Of a stretch of DNA of 64,000 nucleotides, positions 1 to 12,859 are shown one piece after another. Origin of the DNA: Mobula hypostoma (Eukaryota); NCBI RefSeq assembly GCF_963921235.1, contig NC_086097.1, positions 230,704,001-230,768,000 of the forward strand, in the 5' to 3' direction. Each line of letters opens with the position of its first letter. The stretch's first letter is position 1. The notes under the pieces were generated by a model. It saw only the letters and a program-made list of their open reading frames with translations, was not told where the DNA came from and searched no databases. Both the position numbers and the translations under genes were made by a program.

Positions 1-1303
1 TGCTGAGGCAAGTGGAGCCATTTCAGGAGATGGCCACAGCTATCGATTCAGTCCGTTTGGTACTGTGTCAATGGCTGCAGGCCGTAGCTGTAGATCCAGT
101 TCCATGGTGAAGTATAGTGAAGCGCGTTAGCACTGAGGATATTAAATATCAAACCGCAGCCGAATGAGAGTCCACATTCATGAGCTGCTGAGCTGAGTGA
201 ACCGTGCAGTGTGGGACCCGTGACTCCGGCACCTTCTGATGTAGCAATGAGAGGGAGACTGGTCAAACACGGGCAGATGGCGCTAAGCAGCCATTCATTG
301 TTTGCTCTCATCCTCGTCAATTTTAATCTTGCCGGACGCCTCATTCGGTGGGCAGTAATAGAGCTGACCACAAGTTTGTGTTCCACTGTTTAGAATTGGC
401 ACAATGCCCCTGGGGATGGCCGTAGTTGAACTACACACCAAATCCCCCAGGAGGTCACAGAAGCGCAGATCATTCAGTCGGTTCAAAACTAAAGGGAAAT
501 TACAGATTGCAGTCAATCGCAGTTCAGAAGTATTTCTGGAAGAAGGAGAGTATCCAGTAGTTTTGTAAGCTGTCTGCAAGATGTCGCCAATGGTCACTGG
601 CGCTGCCTTGCTGGAATTAAGTTACTGTTGCTTTTTTGACATTGACAATTGGACAGTACTTTTATTTTCCTCTCGTTTAGTTGCCATGTTCGTCTTTTGG
701 TAGTTGGTCATAATAAGCATCAGGCTGATGTTGGAAACTAGTCTTGCTGCTGATAATTCAAGGCCTGAAGTTGTGGGATATCAGTCATGATGGAATATTG
801 AACACTACACCACAGTCCAGGTCCATGATGTGCTAACCCTTGAACCTTACTCCAACATCAATCTAGCTCTTCCCCCTCATCTAGCACTCAATTTTCGTCC
901 ATGTGCCTAATCACGAGTCTCCTAAATGTCCCTGATGTATCTGCCTCTACCACTACCCTTGGCAGCATGTTCCACACAACTACCACTCTTTGCATTTTTC
1001 AAAAAAAAATAGAACAACATACTTCTGACATCCACCCTATATTTTCCTCCAATCAACTTAAGATTATGCTCTCTTCATATCCTTGAATCTGGAGAGAATT
1101 TTTCTGGATTATTTTTCATGTAGATAATCCACTGGCTTTTGGTATTGCAGCAGACTTTTATTCCTTAAGTGGGATTAAATTGGAATAATTTGTTTGATTA
1201 TTTTACTTTAACTCTTCAATTACAATCTAGAAATCTTGGAAATTTGATCTTTTCAGTGCAGAAAACTAAGCAAATAAAATTTTCAATGCCATTCTCTCTT
1301 TAG

Positions 1304-1461
1304 TTCACACCCAAGAGAACGAGCAGAGTAGTCACGGGACGCAGCATCCCGAGCGGAAAAGAAAGCGGACCCAGAAAATGGGAGGGAAAAGCCTTCCAGC
1401 GGGGGAAAGAAGAAAAAAGCTGCCGAATTATTTTGTATCGATACCTGTGACAAATCCAAAG
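1304..1461 (+). CDS. AKAP7-like 2H-phosphoesterase gene, coding exon A (first exon seen; basic NLS-like region and start of the AKAP7_NLS domain)
   Basis: Acceptor attctctctttAG (1302-1303), donor AAG|GTacaag. Translates xHTQENEQSSHGTQHPERKRKRTQKMGGKSLPAGERRKKLPNYFVSIPVTNPK; PNYFxSIPxTN is the start of the AKAP7 central domain. Phase 1 in, phase 0 out. Symbol left blank because this looks like an AKAP7 paralogue. Confidence 0.9.
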
Positions 1462-2084
1462 GTACAAGTATGTACTGGAAATTTGCAGGTGTGGCTAAAC
1501 TGTGGAGTTTGGAATTTGCTCAGTTCAGTGCTTGTTGCTTAGATGACAGATTACTTTTGCAGCAATCAGCAGCAAATTTAGAACTGCTTTGCGGTTTTCT
1601 GAATGGCCTTGATTATCTTTTGGGTGATACATTAAATTCGTTACTTTCTGTGGACGCTATCTTTTCAGGGTTGTTCATTAACTGGCTCTGTAAGTCTACT
1701 GGTGCGCTCGGCTGAATGCTCTGTCCCTCTGCTTCTCTTTATTATATGCAATATATTTAAGATGGGGGAACTCCACAGTAAGGGAATAATACTGCTATCA
1801 TTAATATCCTTCTGCACCTTCACTGCCACGTGAACATGTTGGCAATTAATATCCAGAGGCCGTAGTTCTTATCAGGACAGGAGCACATCTCCTGTGCAAT
1901 CACTAGCGTTCCCCCGAATATGATTGCTTCTCATGTAAAAGAAATGAGAAATGCTGCTCCCCTATGCTCAGTGGGCTATCCATCGAATGCAGAGTTGGGC
2001 AGGCAAAATTCTCTTGTGAAGGAAAATCAAAATCTGTTTTTAAATTGAGCTTTTTAGATGTACATTTTTTTTGAGAATAATAGT

Positions 2085-3040
2085 CATGGAGTTAGAGCAT
2101 TAAAAACAAGCCCCACAGCCCATTCTGTCCATGATAACTTTCTGAGTTAGTCCAGTTTGCCTACATTTGGTCCGGACATCTAAAGATCACAGACCCCTTA
2201 CTTAATGGTATTAGTCTATGGCACAAAAAGGGTTGGGTGCCCCTTTACTAAACATTTCCTATCCTTGAACCATTCCAAATATCTTTTGAACAATCTAATC
2301 ATCGCTCATTCCATACACCCACCACCATCTGTATGGAAAAACTTATCTCTTGAGTTCCCTTAGATTTTCCCCTCTCAGCTTAAACCTATGCCCTCTGCTT
2401 TTTAAACTCCTCTACTCCATGAAAAAGACTGGCCATCCATCTCACCTAGGCTCCTCATAATCTAATGAACTTCTATGAGGCCATTCCCCAGCCTCCTCTC
2501 CAGGGAAAAGTATTTTTCTTGTGACTCAAACCCTCTTGTTCCAGCCACGTTTTTGTGAGTATTTCCTGCACACTCTCCAGCTTAATCATATCCTTTCTGT
2601 AACATGGCTTGCAGAACTATACACGATATTCCAGGTGTGATTTTGCCAAAGTCCCACACAACAACAATGTGCCTTCCTGATTCTTGTACTCTGTCCTAGC
2701 CAACAAAGGCAAGTACACCACCTGCTGCCTTCATTTTGTCTCCCCGTGTTTCCACTTTTGAGTAATTATGTACAAGGTCCTAAGGACCTCTGTTCTATAA
2801 TTCTTGCTAGATTTCTGCCCTTCACTCTGCAGGTCCTGCCATGGTTTAACTTTGCAAAGTGCATTACTTTGCACCAGCCTGAATTAAATTTCATCTACCA
2901 TTCTTCTTCCGCTTTCCAAGGTGATCAAGGTCCTGCTGTAATGTTGGTTACCCCTTCAGGCCAGCCTACCTTGGGGGACCTTGCTTATGCCTTCCTAAAG
3001 TTCAGGTAGACAATGTCTACTGCTCTGCTCTTATCAATCA
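2085..3040 (-). mobile_element. Decayed CR1 LINE 3' fragment, containing a short hAT-type MITE at ~2175-2245
   Basis: Degenerate reverse complement of CR1 3' ORF2/3' UTR motifs. The inner segment ending aaaaagggttgggtgcccc resembles the reverse of the 56834-56913 MITE. Confidence 0.55.
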
Positions 3041-3238
3041 AAGCAACAAGGGAGGCATGTAGAGAGATTCAGGATGTAGTGTTGAAGGAGCATTAGCCCT
3101 TAAGTTTGTCTAACAGGTTTGAGACTCTTGTTCCCTGTGTGAATGAAAGCTGCAACAATAGCAGGGATGAGTAACCCAACCATGGCATCATGATTCAGGC
3201 TGAGGGATGAGAAGTGTAATTGGAGGTGGCTCTCTGTT

Positions 3239-3805
3239 GAAACATAGAAACATAGAAACATAGAAAATAGGTGCAGGAGTAGGCCATTCGGCCCTTCGAG
3301 CCTGCACCGCCATTTATTATGATCATGGCTGATCATCCAACTCAGAACCCAGCCTTCCCTCCATACCCCCTGACCCCTGTAGCCACAAGGGCCATATCTA
3401 ACTTCCTTTTAAACATAGCTAATGAACTGGCCTCAACAGTTTGCTGTGGCAGAGAATTCCACAGATTCACCACTCTCTGTGTGAAGAAGTTTTTCCTAAC
3501 CTCGGTCCTAAAAGGCTTCCCCTCTATCCTCAAACTGTGACCCCTCGTTCTAGACCTCCCCAACATCGGGAACAATCTTCCTGCATCTAGCCTGTCCAAT
3601 CCCTTTAGGATCTTATACGTTTCAATCAGATCCCCCCTCAATCTTCTAAATTCCAACGAGTACAAGCCCAGTTCATCCAGTCTTTCTTCATATGAAAGAC
3701 CTGCCATCCCAGGAATCAATCTGGTGAACCTTCTTTGTACTCCCTCTATGGCAAAGATGTCTTTCCTCAGATTAGGGGACCAAAACTGCACACAATACTC
3801 CAGGT
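3239..3805 (-). mobile_element. Young 5'-truncated CR1 LINE
   Basis: Open ORF2 C-terminus QFWSPNLRKDIFAIEGVQRRFTRLIPGM...FFTQRVVNLWNSLP and an 8-bp (AAACATAG)n tail at 3239-3266. Nearly identical to the 62069-63691 copy. Confidence 0.93.
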
Positions 3806-5521
3806 GAGAAAGATCAAGAATCTAGATGTCTGTCCTGTCTGATTGGTGCTCAGATTTGGGACATCTTGTCTGACCTGCAGAGGAATTTGGGGCGGGAGGA
3901 GAAAACTTCAGTCGTCATGGTGCACGTGGGTATCAGTGATACAGGTAGAACAAGAAAAATGGTTGTGCCAAGGGAATATGAGAATTGGGATGAAATTATA
4001 AAAAGTCAGAAGTGGGGATGGTGGTTAGAGCTGGGAGATGAATTTTCAATGATGTGCATCCTATTGAAAAGACAGGCAAGTGGGCAGGGTGGCCTTTTTG
4101 GTAAAACATGTAATTAAATTTATAGCAAGAAATAATATAGGATTAGAAGATGAAGAATTTTTGTGGGTATAGCTGAGGAGTGATAAAGTTTAAAAGACCC
4201 TGATGGGAGTTGTGTATAGACCTCCAAATAGTGGTCAGGATTTGAGATACCAAATACTAAGAAATAGAAAAATAATGTTGGAAAAGTAATGTTACAGTGT
4301 TCATGAGGAACTTCTATATGTAGGTAGAATATGGGAAATCAGATTAGTAGTGGACTCCAAGGGAGAGTAAAGTTGTGCAATGTCTACAAGGTGGCTTTTT
4401 ACAGCAATTTGTGGGAAAGCCCTATTGGGAGCAGGTAATAAAGTAGATTTGATAAGGGAATGTAAGGAGGAAGTGACTGTAATGTGACAGAATTCATACT
4501 GCAGTTTGAGAGGGAGAAACTGAAATCAGATGTAATGTTATTACAATTGAAGAGAGGTAACTGCAGATTCATAAGGGAAGAACTGAAGAGTTGGTTGGGT
4601 GGAGATCCCAGCAGAGAAGACAGTGGAACAGAAATGGCAGGAGTTACTGGGAGTAATTTGGGGGATGCAGCAGAATTTCAACCTCTGGAAGAAAAAGTGT
4701 ACTTGGAGGAGATTGAGGGAACGATGACTGACAAAAGGAGTCAGGGACAGCATAAAAGTAAAGAGGAAGGCAGGCATTATGGTATAGATTAGATTATGAG
4801 GGCACTCAGTCCTCATTTATTGTCATTTAGAAATGCATGCATTAAAAATGATACAATGTTCCTCCTGAAAGATATCACAGAAACACAGGACAAACCAAGA
4901 GGGTTAGTGGAAAACAAGAGGATTGTGAAACCTTTAAAAACTAACAGAGAACAACTAAAAAGGAATGGGGTGAGGTGGAGGAGAAGATGAAATGAGGACC
5001 AATGAGCCAATAATGCAAAAGATTGTTCAAGTTCTTTTATCTCAGTAACAGTAAAAGAGGCAAGAGCAGACTTGGTGTTGCTGGAAATGAGGCTGGAGTA
5101 GTAGGAAAGGGGAATGAAATGGGCAGAGGAATTGGATAGGTACGTTATGTTTTCCGAGTGGAAAACATCAGTAACATGCCAGAAATTCTCAAAGATATTG
5201 GGGAAGGGCCAGAAGGACTACACCCCAGAGTCTGAAAGACGTAGCTGAAGAGATTGTATAGTAGTGATCCTTAAAGAATCACTGGAGCCAGGCAGGATCC
5301 CAGAGGATTCAAGTCACAAATGTAACACATTTTTTTAAGAGAAGTCGGCAAAAGGGGAAATTGTAGGCAAGTTAGCTTGACCTCTGGTTGACATGATTTT
5401 AGACTCCGTTCTTCAAAATGAAGTTTGAGTACTTAAGGGTACTTGATAAAATAGGGCAAAGTTAGAACAGTTTCTATTAAGGGGAGATCTTTCTGACATA
5501 TCTATTAGGATACTTTTGAGG

Positions 5522-5811
5522 CATCCGTTAGTCTTGCGAGACCATGGATCTGCACCTGGAAAGTCTTCACTCTCCAGGGCGCAGGCCTGGGCAAGGTTGT
5601 ATGGAAGACCAGCAGTTGCCCATGCTGCAAGTCTCCCCTCTCCACGACACCGATGTTGTCCAAGGGAAGGGCATTAGGACCGGTGTCGTCGCAGAGCAAT
5701 GTGTGATTAAGTGCCTTGCTCAAGGACACAACACATTGCCTCGGCTGGGGCTCGAACTCACGACCTTCAGGTCGCTAGTCCAATGCCTTAACCACTTGGC
5801 CATGTGCCCAC
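5522..5811 (-). mobile_element. tRNA-headed SINE with CORE-like domain and RTE-like tail, flanked by a TSD
   Basis: Minus strand reads TGGCCAAGTGG (A box), GTTCGAGCC (B box), then gtgtccttgagcaaggcacttaa (CORE-like). Direct repeat TTTTGAGG at 5514-5521 and 5814-5821. Confidence 0.8.
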
Positions 5812-6779
5812 ATTTTTGAGGAGGAAACAAATAAAATACCAAGATGGATGGCGGGACAGGTAGTGTTGTGGGCGCAGGAATTCTGCGGAAGGACTTGGAC
5901 AGGTTTAGAGCAAAGAAGTAGCAGGTGAAATTCAGCACAGGCAAGTGTGAGGTTCGGAAGAATAAAGGTGAGGGCTGTTTTCTGAATGGGGAGAATTCAA
6001 AAATCAGAGCTGCAACGGCATTTGGGAGTCTACAGAATCCTACTTCAGAATTTTGTTCAGATTAGCTTACTGGTTAAGTCGGTAGGAGGAAGGTAAAAGC
6101 AATGTTAGCATCAAGTTCAAGAAGACTAGAATATAAAAGAAGGATGTACCACTGAGGCTCTATAAAGGGCTGGTCAGACTGCGTTTGAAATATTGTCAGC
6201 AGTTTTGGGCCCACCTCAGGAAAGAAGTGCTTGCTCTTAAGAGGGCAATGATTCTGGGAATGAAAGGTTCAACATAGGAGTCTTTGTCTCTGGCCCTGTA
6301 CTGGATGGAGTTTTGATGAGGGGGTTATCTCATTGAAAGCTATGGTAAAGTGAGCATCGAGAGTATGTTTTCAGTAGTAGGAAAACCGGGGAACTGGGAG
6401 CACAGCCTCAGGATAAAAGGATATCCCTTAAAAACTAAGATGAGGCATTCCTTTAGCCTGTGTGTGGAGACGAAGTCATTGGGTTTATTTAAGACAGAGG
6501 TTAAAAGGTTATTGGTGGGAGGGGAGGTGTTAAGATTAATGGGAAGAAGGCAGGAGAATGGGGTTGAGAAAATGATCTAGCATGATTGCATGGTGGAGTA
6601 GACTTTATGGCCTAACCTATGACCCAATTCTTGCAGTCACCCATTCAAAAAAAAATCTTCAATTCCTGAGGCATAATTTTCCATGCTCAAAGCCAGGATG
6701 ACTATCCATAATCAGTCCTTGATTTTCCAAATGCAGATAGATCCTGTCTCCAGTAACTTCTCCACCAGTCCGTAGTCTT

Positions 6780-6895
6780 TCCATCTTCCTTTCCAGTCCT
6801 GAAGAAGGGTCTTGGCCCAAAATGTCGACTGTCTATTCATTTCCTTGGATGTGGCCTGACCTGCTGAGTTCCACCAGCATTTTGTGTATGTTTTA
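6780..6895 (+). mobile_element. Penelope-like terminal-repeat fragment with degenerate hammerhead motif
   Basis: cagtcCTGAAGAagggtcttggcccAAAAtgtcgactg followed by cctgacctgctgagttcc, the same family as the 18774 and 42380 copies. Confidence 0.7.
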
Positions 6896-8084
6896 GTTCC
6901 CTAACGTCTCTTTGCACCACTTCTTACATAATGGCATGGCATTAGCCACCTTCCAGTCACTCACGACTTTGTCCATGGCTAAACAGGATGTTAAAAAAAA
7001 GTCTTTGCCAGGGTCACACCAGTTTCTTCCACCGATTCCCATGATATCCTAGTTTAATTAATACTTGGCATGACTGCAATCTGCTTTTCCTTGTTCCAAG
7101 AATAGGTGTGGGGAGAATGGGGTGGAGCAACTCTTTCCCAGATATGCAAATATTTGACCAGGTTCTATCATGTCTCTGTTGAGGCAGCCAGCATAAAGCC
7201 TCAGACATGGGCTTGTAGCAAACAGGAATGTTACGGGGTGGTACTGAAGATTGGAAAGAAACGCTCAGCTTGTAAACAATAATGACTAATACTTTGGCAG
7301 AAAATGCAATTAACTGAGCAACCTGTGGTCTGATTGACTGAAGTGATACTGTTGTTACTCATTAAATATCCCGTGGCTTCCATGAAATGTGATTCATCTT
7401 AAACTTGTGCTTCTTCAATAAGATAAAGAGTAAAGATAATGTCATCAATTCACCTGTAATGTTTTAGATGCTAAAATCAAAATGCTTAGAAAGGTGTTTG
7501 CATCATGTGGGCAAAAGATAATGGCTTCATGCTGTGATCTGTTGTTGTTTTGCGCTGCTGATACAACTTAATCACAGTTTTGATGCTTTATTAACAACCA
7601 AGTCACATCCGTAGGTAAATGGGGAAATGAGCAAGCAGCACTCTTTGTCTTGTGTAGCATCTAAGATCCTAACAGTATATATTTGTAATTACTCTGTAAT
7701 GATCCACTATTCCTACCGCAGATAGAGGAACATGATTGTGCTGAACAGTTAAACAATCATGGTGATTTTAAAGTAATTCTTTCTATGTGATTTGTTTATG
7801 TTTGTAGCATCCTTCCATCTACGGCATACCCCCATCATCTCAGCTGATGAATCCACTGCCATTCCATTTGGGTCATTGTGATCGTGGACTGGATTATAGC
7901 AATTAACATTAGTGCTTTTTGAAGTACAGTTAATATATGAAATGGAGGGTAATGTTGAAAAACTATTCTGCTTGAATTCAACCTCTGGTTTCTGCCTTCA
8001 CCACAACATAGATATTTGTTGTGCGTGGGTGATACCTTATGGAGCAGATGTATAATAATTGATAATCTTCATCCATTTTTAAAA

Positions 8085-8580
8085 AAAGAGCAGAATTGGG
8101 CCTTTCACCACTATTTGATCGTGGCTATTTAATATCCCTCTCAACCCCATTCTCCTGACTTTTCCCCACAACCTTTGGTGCCCTACTCAGGCTCTAACAA
8201 GAGCCTATTAACCTCTGCTTTAAATAGACTGAATGGGTTGGCCTCCACTGCCATCTGTGGCAATGAACTCCACAGATTTACCACCCTCTGGCTAAAGAAA
8301 TTCCTCTTCATCCCTGTTCTAAAGGGATATCCTTCTATTCTGAGGCTGTGCCCTCTGGTCCTAGACTTCCCCACTATAAGAAACATCCTCTCCATGTCCA
8401 TGTTAACTGGGCCTTTCAACATTTGGTTGGTTTCAATGAGATCCCCCCCATTCATTCTTTGAAACTCCAGTGAGTACAGGCCCAGAGGCATCAAATGCGT
8501 CTCATACATTAACCTTTTCATTCCCAGGATCATAATCATAAACCACCTCTGGATTCTTTCCAATGCCAACATATTCTTTT
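8085..8580 (-). mobile_element. CR1 LINE 3' fragment
   Basis: ORF 8183-8722(-) contains LGLYSLEF...KSRTRGHSLRIEGYPFRT...NFFSQRVVNLWSSLP. Confidence 0.85.
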
Positions 8581-9644
8581 TCTGTAGAATTTTTCTGTAG
8601 TTCTCCTTCGTCCCCTTCAAAACAAAAAACATTCTCCAGATCCTGACTCGCTTCTCTCTGGCACATGTCTGAAGCTGAACTGACCTATTTGCATCTTGGC
8701 ATTCTTCTGACCTCCATTTCATTAAAAGTACACAAGTTGCCTTGGGTATTTTAGCATCTCGCTCTCTTCAGCATGTTTGTATCGACATTCAATTATTCTA
8801 ATGTTGTTCTGGATGGCTTCCCACCCTAGAAAAACTTGAGCTCATTTTAAAACAAACTTGCCTTTAACAGATCTCACATTCTCCATTTGTTGACCTAAAT
8901 TGGCTGTTTCTGGCAATACCTTGATTTTTTTTTCATTCTCCATCCTTGGTTTCCCTTGTCTTTGTAGCCACTTTCAGTTCTAGAACCCACCATTTCTGCC
9001 TCTGTTCATCCCTGACTTTAATTATCCTACCTTCTCTTGACTAGGCCCTAATCTTGAAGATTGCCTTCCTAATTTCTCCTATTCTTTGCCTCTCATTAAA
9101 CACGTTATATGTCGTTCTCGAGTCAAGTTTATTTTCAAATGCTCAAGTGCAGGGAACAACTAACTTGCAGCAACATTGCAGGCATATTGCATCATACAAG
9201 TAGCATTCGCAAGGAAAATAAATTATACACTTTTTGAAAGAGAGTACAATATTTAAAAAGTGATACAAGAGGTCCTAGTGTTGCTAAACTGTTGTGATGA
9301 GGGCTGTGCCGGCTGGTTCAGGAACTGAGTGGTTGAAGGAAAGTAGCTATCCTTGAACCAGGTGGTATGGGATTGTTGGCCTCTGTATCTCTGACCGCTG
9401 GTACTTGCAAGAGGATGGCATTACCAGGATGGTGGGATCTTTGATGGATCTTGCTGCCTTGGGGCAGCTAGGTACTAACAGTTGCGACAAGGGATGTGCC
9501 TGTCATGTAGTGGGCAGAATTCAGCTGCGAAGAGTACCAACAGACTTCACTCCATCAAAAATGCAGCAGAGACTACAGCCAATGAACTTCTGTGAAAAGT
9601 TGGTTTGTGCAGAAAATGGTATATTTAAAGGGCAGAAGAAGCAC

Positions 9645-10490
9645 GCTGAAGCAACATGCATAAAACGTTGGAGGAGCTCAGCAGGCCATGGAAATGGACG
9701 GTCAACGTTTCAGGCCCTTACCCCTCTTCGGGACTAGAAAGGAAGGGTGAAAGTGCCAGAATAAAAAAAAAAGTGGGGATGGGGAAAAATGATAGCTCGA
9801 ACGTGAAGCCAGGCAGGAGGGAAAGTTGAAGGGCTGGAGAGGAAGGAATTTGATAGTAGACCACAGGAGAAGGGGAAGGAGGAGAGGAAACAGGGGGAGG
9901 TGAAAAGAGGCAAGAGCCCAGAATGGGGAACTGAAGGGGGGGGGGGATTTTTTTTTTAACCAGTAGGAGAAGTCAGGTTGGAGGGTACCCAGACAGACTA
10001 TAAGATGGTGCTCCTCTTCCTTGAGTGCAGCCTCATTGTGGCACAAGAGAAGGCCACGGGTTAACAAGTTGGAATGGGAACCGGAATTAAAATGTTTGGC
10101 CACTGGGAAGTTCAAATATTTTTTGGATGGAACGGAGATGCCCGACGAAGCAGTCCCCTGATTTACGATAAGTCCCCCCAACTGCGGGAGCACCGGCCGC
10201 AATAGGTGACCCCAACAGATTTGCAGGTAAAATGTTGCCTCGCCTGGAAGGACTGCTTGGGGCCCTGGATGGAAGAGGGGGAGGAGGTGAACGGGCAGGC
10301 GTAGAACTCTGCCTGCTTGCAGGGGTAAGTGTTGGGAGGGAGATTAGTGGGGAGGGATGAATGGACAAGCGAATCAGAGGGAAGCATCCCTGCAGAGAGT
10401 GGGTGGGGGCAGGGAGGTGGTAGTGGGTGGAGGTAAAGATGTGTTTTGTGGTGGGATCCCTTTGGATCTAGTGAAGGTTGAGGGTTATGG
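9645..10490 (-). mobile_element. Penelope-like element 3' part (GIY-YIG endonuclease remnant plus terminal repeat)
   Basis: Frameshifted pieces DSLVHSSLP...YPCK...CPF...IQGPKQSFQARQHFTCKS, DCFVGHLRSI, PVAKHFNSGSHS...EEHHLIVCLGTLQP. Degenerate hammerhead at ~9700-9737. Confidence 0.85.
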
Positions 10491-11089
10491 GGTGACAGGT
10501 AAAGACAAGAGGAAGCTAAACAATTTCTCCAATAAAATTCAAACGCAGAAGAAAGTTGAAGGTTAATTATGTCTCCATAATCTATCATGAGTACTTGAAG
10601 CTCATGCCCGAATGAGCTTCATGTCTGATTGTCAGAGTACCCATTCATCTCCACCCTGGTTATGGTGTTGTTACCATATGCAGTCCTGTTGTTATGTTCC
10701 TTAAAATGTTTAAGCTTACAAACAACTTGGAGCTATTGTGGAAATACGAGAGATTGAAACAATTCTTCCTAGCTGCTGCTTTGCATCCACTTAATATATT
10801 CAAATTGTATGTGTACTGAAAAGATTAAAATTTCTAACACTTGATATTTCTGCACCCACATGGAAATGCCATAATAATAAGTGGGGGGCGGAGGTGCTGG
10901 GGGTTGTTAGCTTGGCTTCCATCTAGTGTCGAAGTAACAGGAAAATAATCATCAGTTGAGTTTGTAAGTTGTTTTGTCAAGTTTTCTGAGGAAAAGATGA
11001 TTTGAAACAAACTTTCTTTATCATCCCATGAGCTTAAAAGATATTGGACCAGCCCTAGCCTATTTCTTGTGTTTTATTTAGCAAGTGCT

Positions 11090-11735
11090 TGGCCAGTATA
11101 GATAGAACCAAGGACACTCAAATCTCTGCGCAGGTTGACAGTGTTGTTAAGAAGGCGTATAGTGTGATGGCCTTCATCAACCGTGGGATTGAGTTCAAGA
11201 GCTGTGAGGTAATCTTACAGCTATATAAGACCTTTGTCAGGCCCCTCATGGAGTACAGTGTTCAGTTCTGGTCACCTCATCACAGGAAGGATGTGGATAC
11301 TATAAAGAGGGTGCAGAGGAGCTTTAAAAGAATGTTGACTTGTGTGTATAGGTTGAGTGAACTTAGCCTTTTCTCCTTGGAGCGACGGAGGATAAGAGGT
11401 AACCTGATAGAGGTGTAAAAGATGATGAGAGGCATTGATCGTGTGGATAGCCAGAGGGTTGAAATGGCTAACACGAGGGGGCATAGTTTTAAGGTGCTTG
11501 GATGTCGGGGTAAGTTTTTCACACAGTGGTGGGTGCGTGGAATGCACTGCCTGCGACAGTGGTAGAGGTGGATACGATGGGGTCTTTTAAGAGCCTCTCA
11601 GATAGGTACACGGAGCTTAGAAAAATAGAGGGCTGTGGTGAGGTAATTCTAGGCAGCTTCTAGAGGAGATTACATGGTTGGCACACCAATGTGGGCCAAA
11701 GGGCCTATAATGTGCTGTAGATGTCTATGCTCTAT
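11090..11735 (+). mobile_element. CR1 LINE 3' fragment
   Basis: QVDSVVKKAYSVMAFINRGIEFKS...LYKTFVRPLMEYSVQFWSPH, ending in a tctatg-type tail. Confidence 0.85.
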
Positions 11736-11737
11736 TC

Positions 11738-11920
11738 AGAGGTATAGCACGGTAACAAGTCTGTTTGCTCCTGCACCCATGTGACCAATTACCTACCAAT
11801 CCATATGCCTTTGGAAGGTGCGAGGAAACCCACACGGTTATGGGGAGAGTGCACAAACTCTTCATAGACAGCGATGGGAATTGAACCTAGGTCACTGTAC
11901 TGTAATAGCATTATGCTACA
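11738..11920 (-). mobile_element. V-SINE (HE1-like) fragment
   Basis: Reverse complement of the V-domain (gaggaaacccacacggttatggggagagtgcacaaactc) and a tRNA B-box-like gaattgaacc. Confidence 0.65.
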
Positions 11921-12014
11921 AATTTAGTTTGACGGATTGGCCTGAAGTTTTACTCTAATGTTTGTGTGTGTATAAATTTTGAATTAAATATTTTAATTTT
12001 TTTCCCCTCTGCAG

Positions 12015-12151
12015 ATTTTGGACAAAATTGAAGATATTCAGCAGCTAGTGTTGACCAAGGAACCCAAGTTGCTTCCTGCTATGGTTCCTGTTGGACGGAT
12101 GCACATGACTCTCATTGTGGCTCATTTACATACACCAGCTGAAGTCGAGAG
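12015..12151 (+). CDS. AKAP7-like gene, exon B (first HxT motif, HMT)
   Basis: Acceptor tttcccctctgcAG. Translates ILDKIEDIQQLVLTKEPKLLPAMVPVGRMHMTLIVAHLHTPAEVE(R). 137 nt, ends at a non-canonical AG|GCAAGT donor in phase 2. Confidence 0.9.
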
Positions 12152-12284
12152 GCAAGTGGAATGAATTGATTCCCTGGAGTTCCGGCTCACACATGATCTC
12201 CCTTCTGTTTTCTTTTGCTTTCCGTGCTCATCCTATTGCTAACTCGTGTCAGGAAATGTTTGGATATTTACAATCATTGTATTA

Positions 12285-12855
12285 CAGTGGATTCTGGTCA
12301 ATTGGGGCACTGGTTAATCGGTGCAGCTGCTTATTTGGGACAAATCTTTAAAGGACAAAGCTTGTGGGCAAAATGGCTGCAGTTCCCTTTGTTTGGGACA
12401 CCGTGCTGCTTAATTGGGACGGGAGACTGTTGCCAGACTGCTTCTCACTACAGCGTCGGTTGCCTGCACTTGTGTGGCCATTAGGCACAACATCGTGCTT
12501 CAAGTGAACAGTTTTAAGCAGCAACAGTTAAATATGTTTGGTTTCGAAAAGCAGCGATTTTTGTTTATGTCACTGATAGCTGGTGAGAAATGAGCAATAA
12601 GACTGTTTTGTTCACTGCTGCAGTTTCAAGCATTCAGGTTCGGAGATGCTAGAAACAGCCAAGAGTGAAAATGAAACTCTTTCACTACAAGTTAGAAACC
12701 ACAAAGAATTTGAAGGTATCGAAAATCATCCTTAATATTACAATGAATATTAAGTCTTGGAGGAAGCAATCATCGACAGCATTGTACGAAGGCAGTCCAT
12801 TATCTGTCCTCGGTGTCTGCGCTAATTTTGTTCATTTACAGTCGTTTACATGCAA
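12285..12855 (+). mobile_element. Probable Tigger/pogo-type non-autonomous DNA transposon (left end only)
   Basis: Starts TA-CAGTGGATTCTGGTCAATTGGG with repeated ttaattgggac/atttgggac subterminal motifs. The right TIR was not found. Confidence 0.5.
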
Positions 12856-12859
12856 ATGA

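Larger units (their letters stand above)
3050..6620 (+). mobile_element. Old, long CR1 LINE (ORF1 esterase remnant through 3' end), interrupted by a younger CR1 and a tRNA-SINE
   Basis: VVMVHVGISDTGR (ORF1 SGNH esterase-like, ~3910), EFILQFEREK (~4490), and degenerate RT and 3' region (HSLRIKGYPLKTKMR, ~6400). Many stops and frameshifts. Confidence 0.75.

Noticed and set aside
1..650. CpG-containing segment with overlapping 100-112 aa minus-strand ORFs
   Set aside because: No recognisable domain or convincing splice structure. It is probably an unclassified dispersed repeat, and I could not place an upstream AKAP7-like exon here.
5735..5811. tRNA gene (also considered at 48117-48190)
   Set aside because: The tRNA-like heads continue into SINE bodies with TSDs and lack a proper acceptor stem and terminator.
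7808..7906. Acceptor-like TTTGTAG followed by 32 open codons in the first intron
   Set aside because: No homology and no clear donor; expected by chance.
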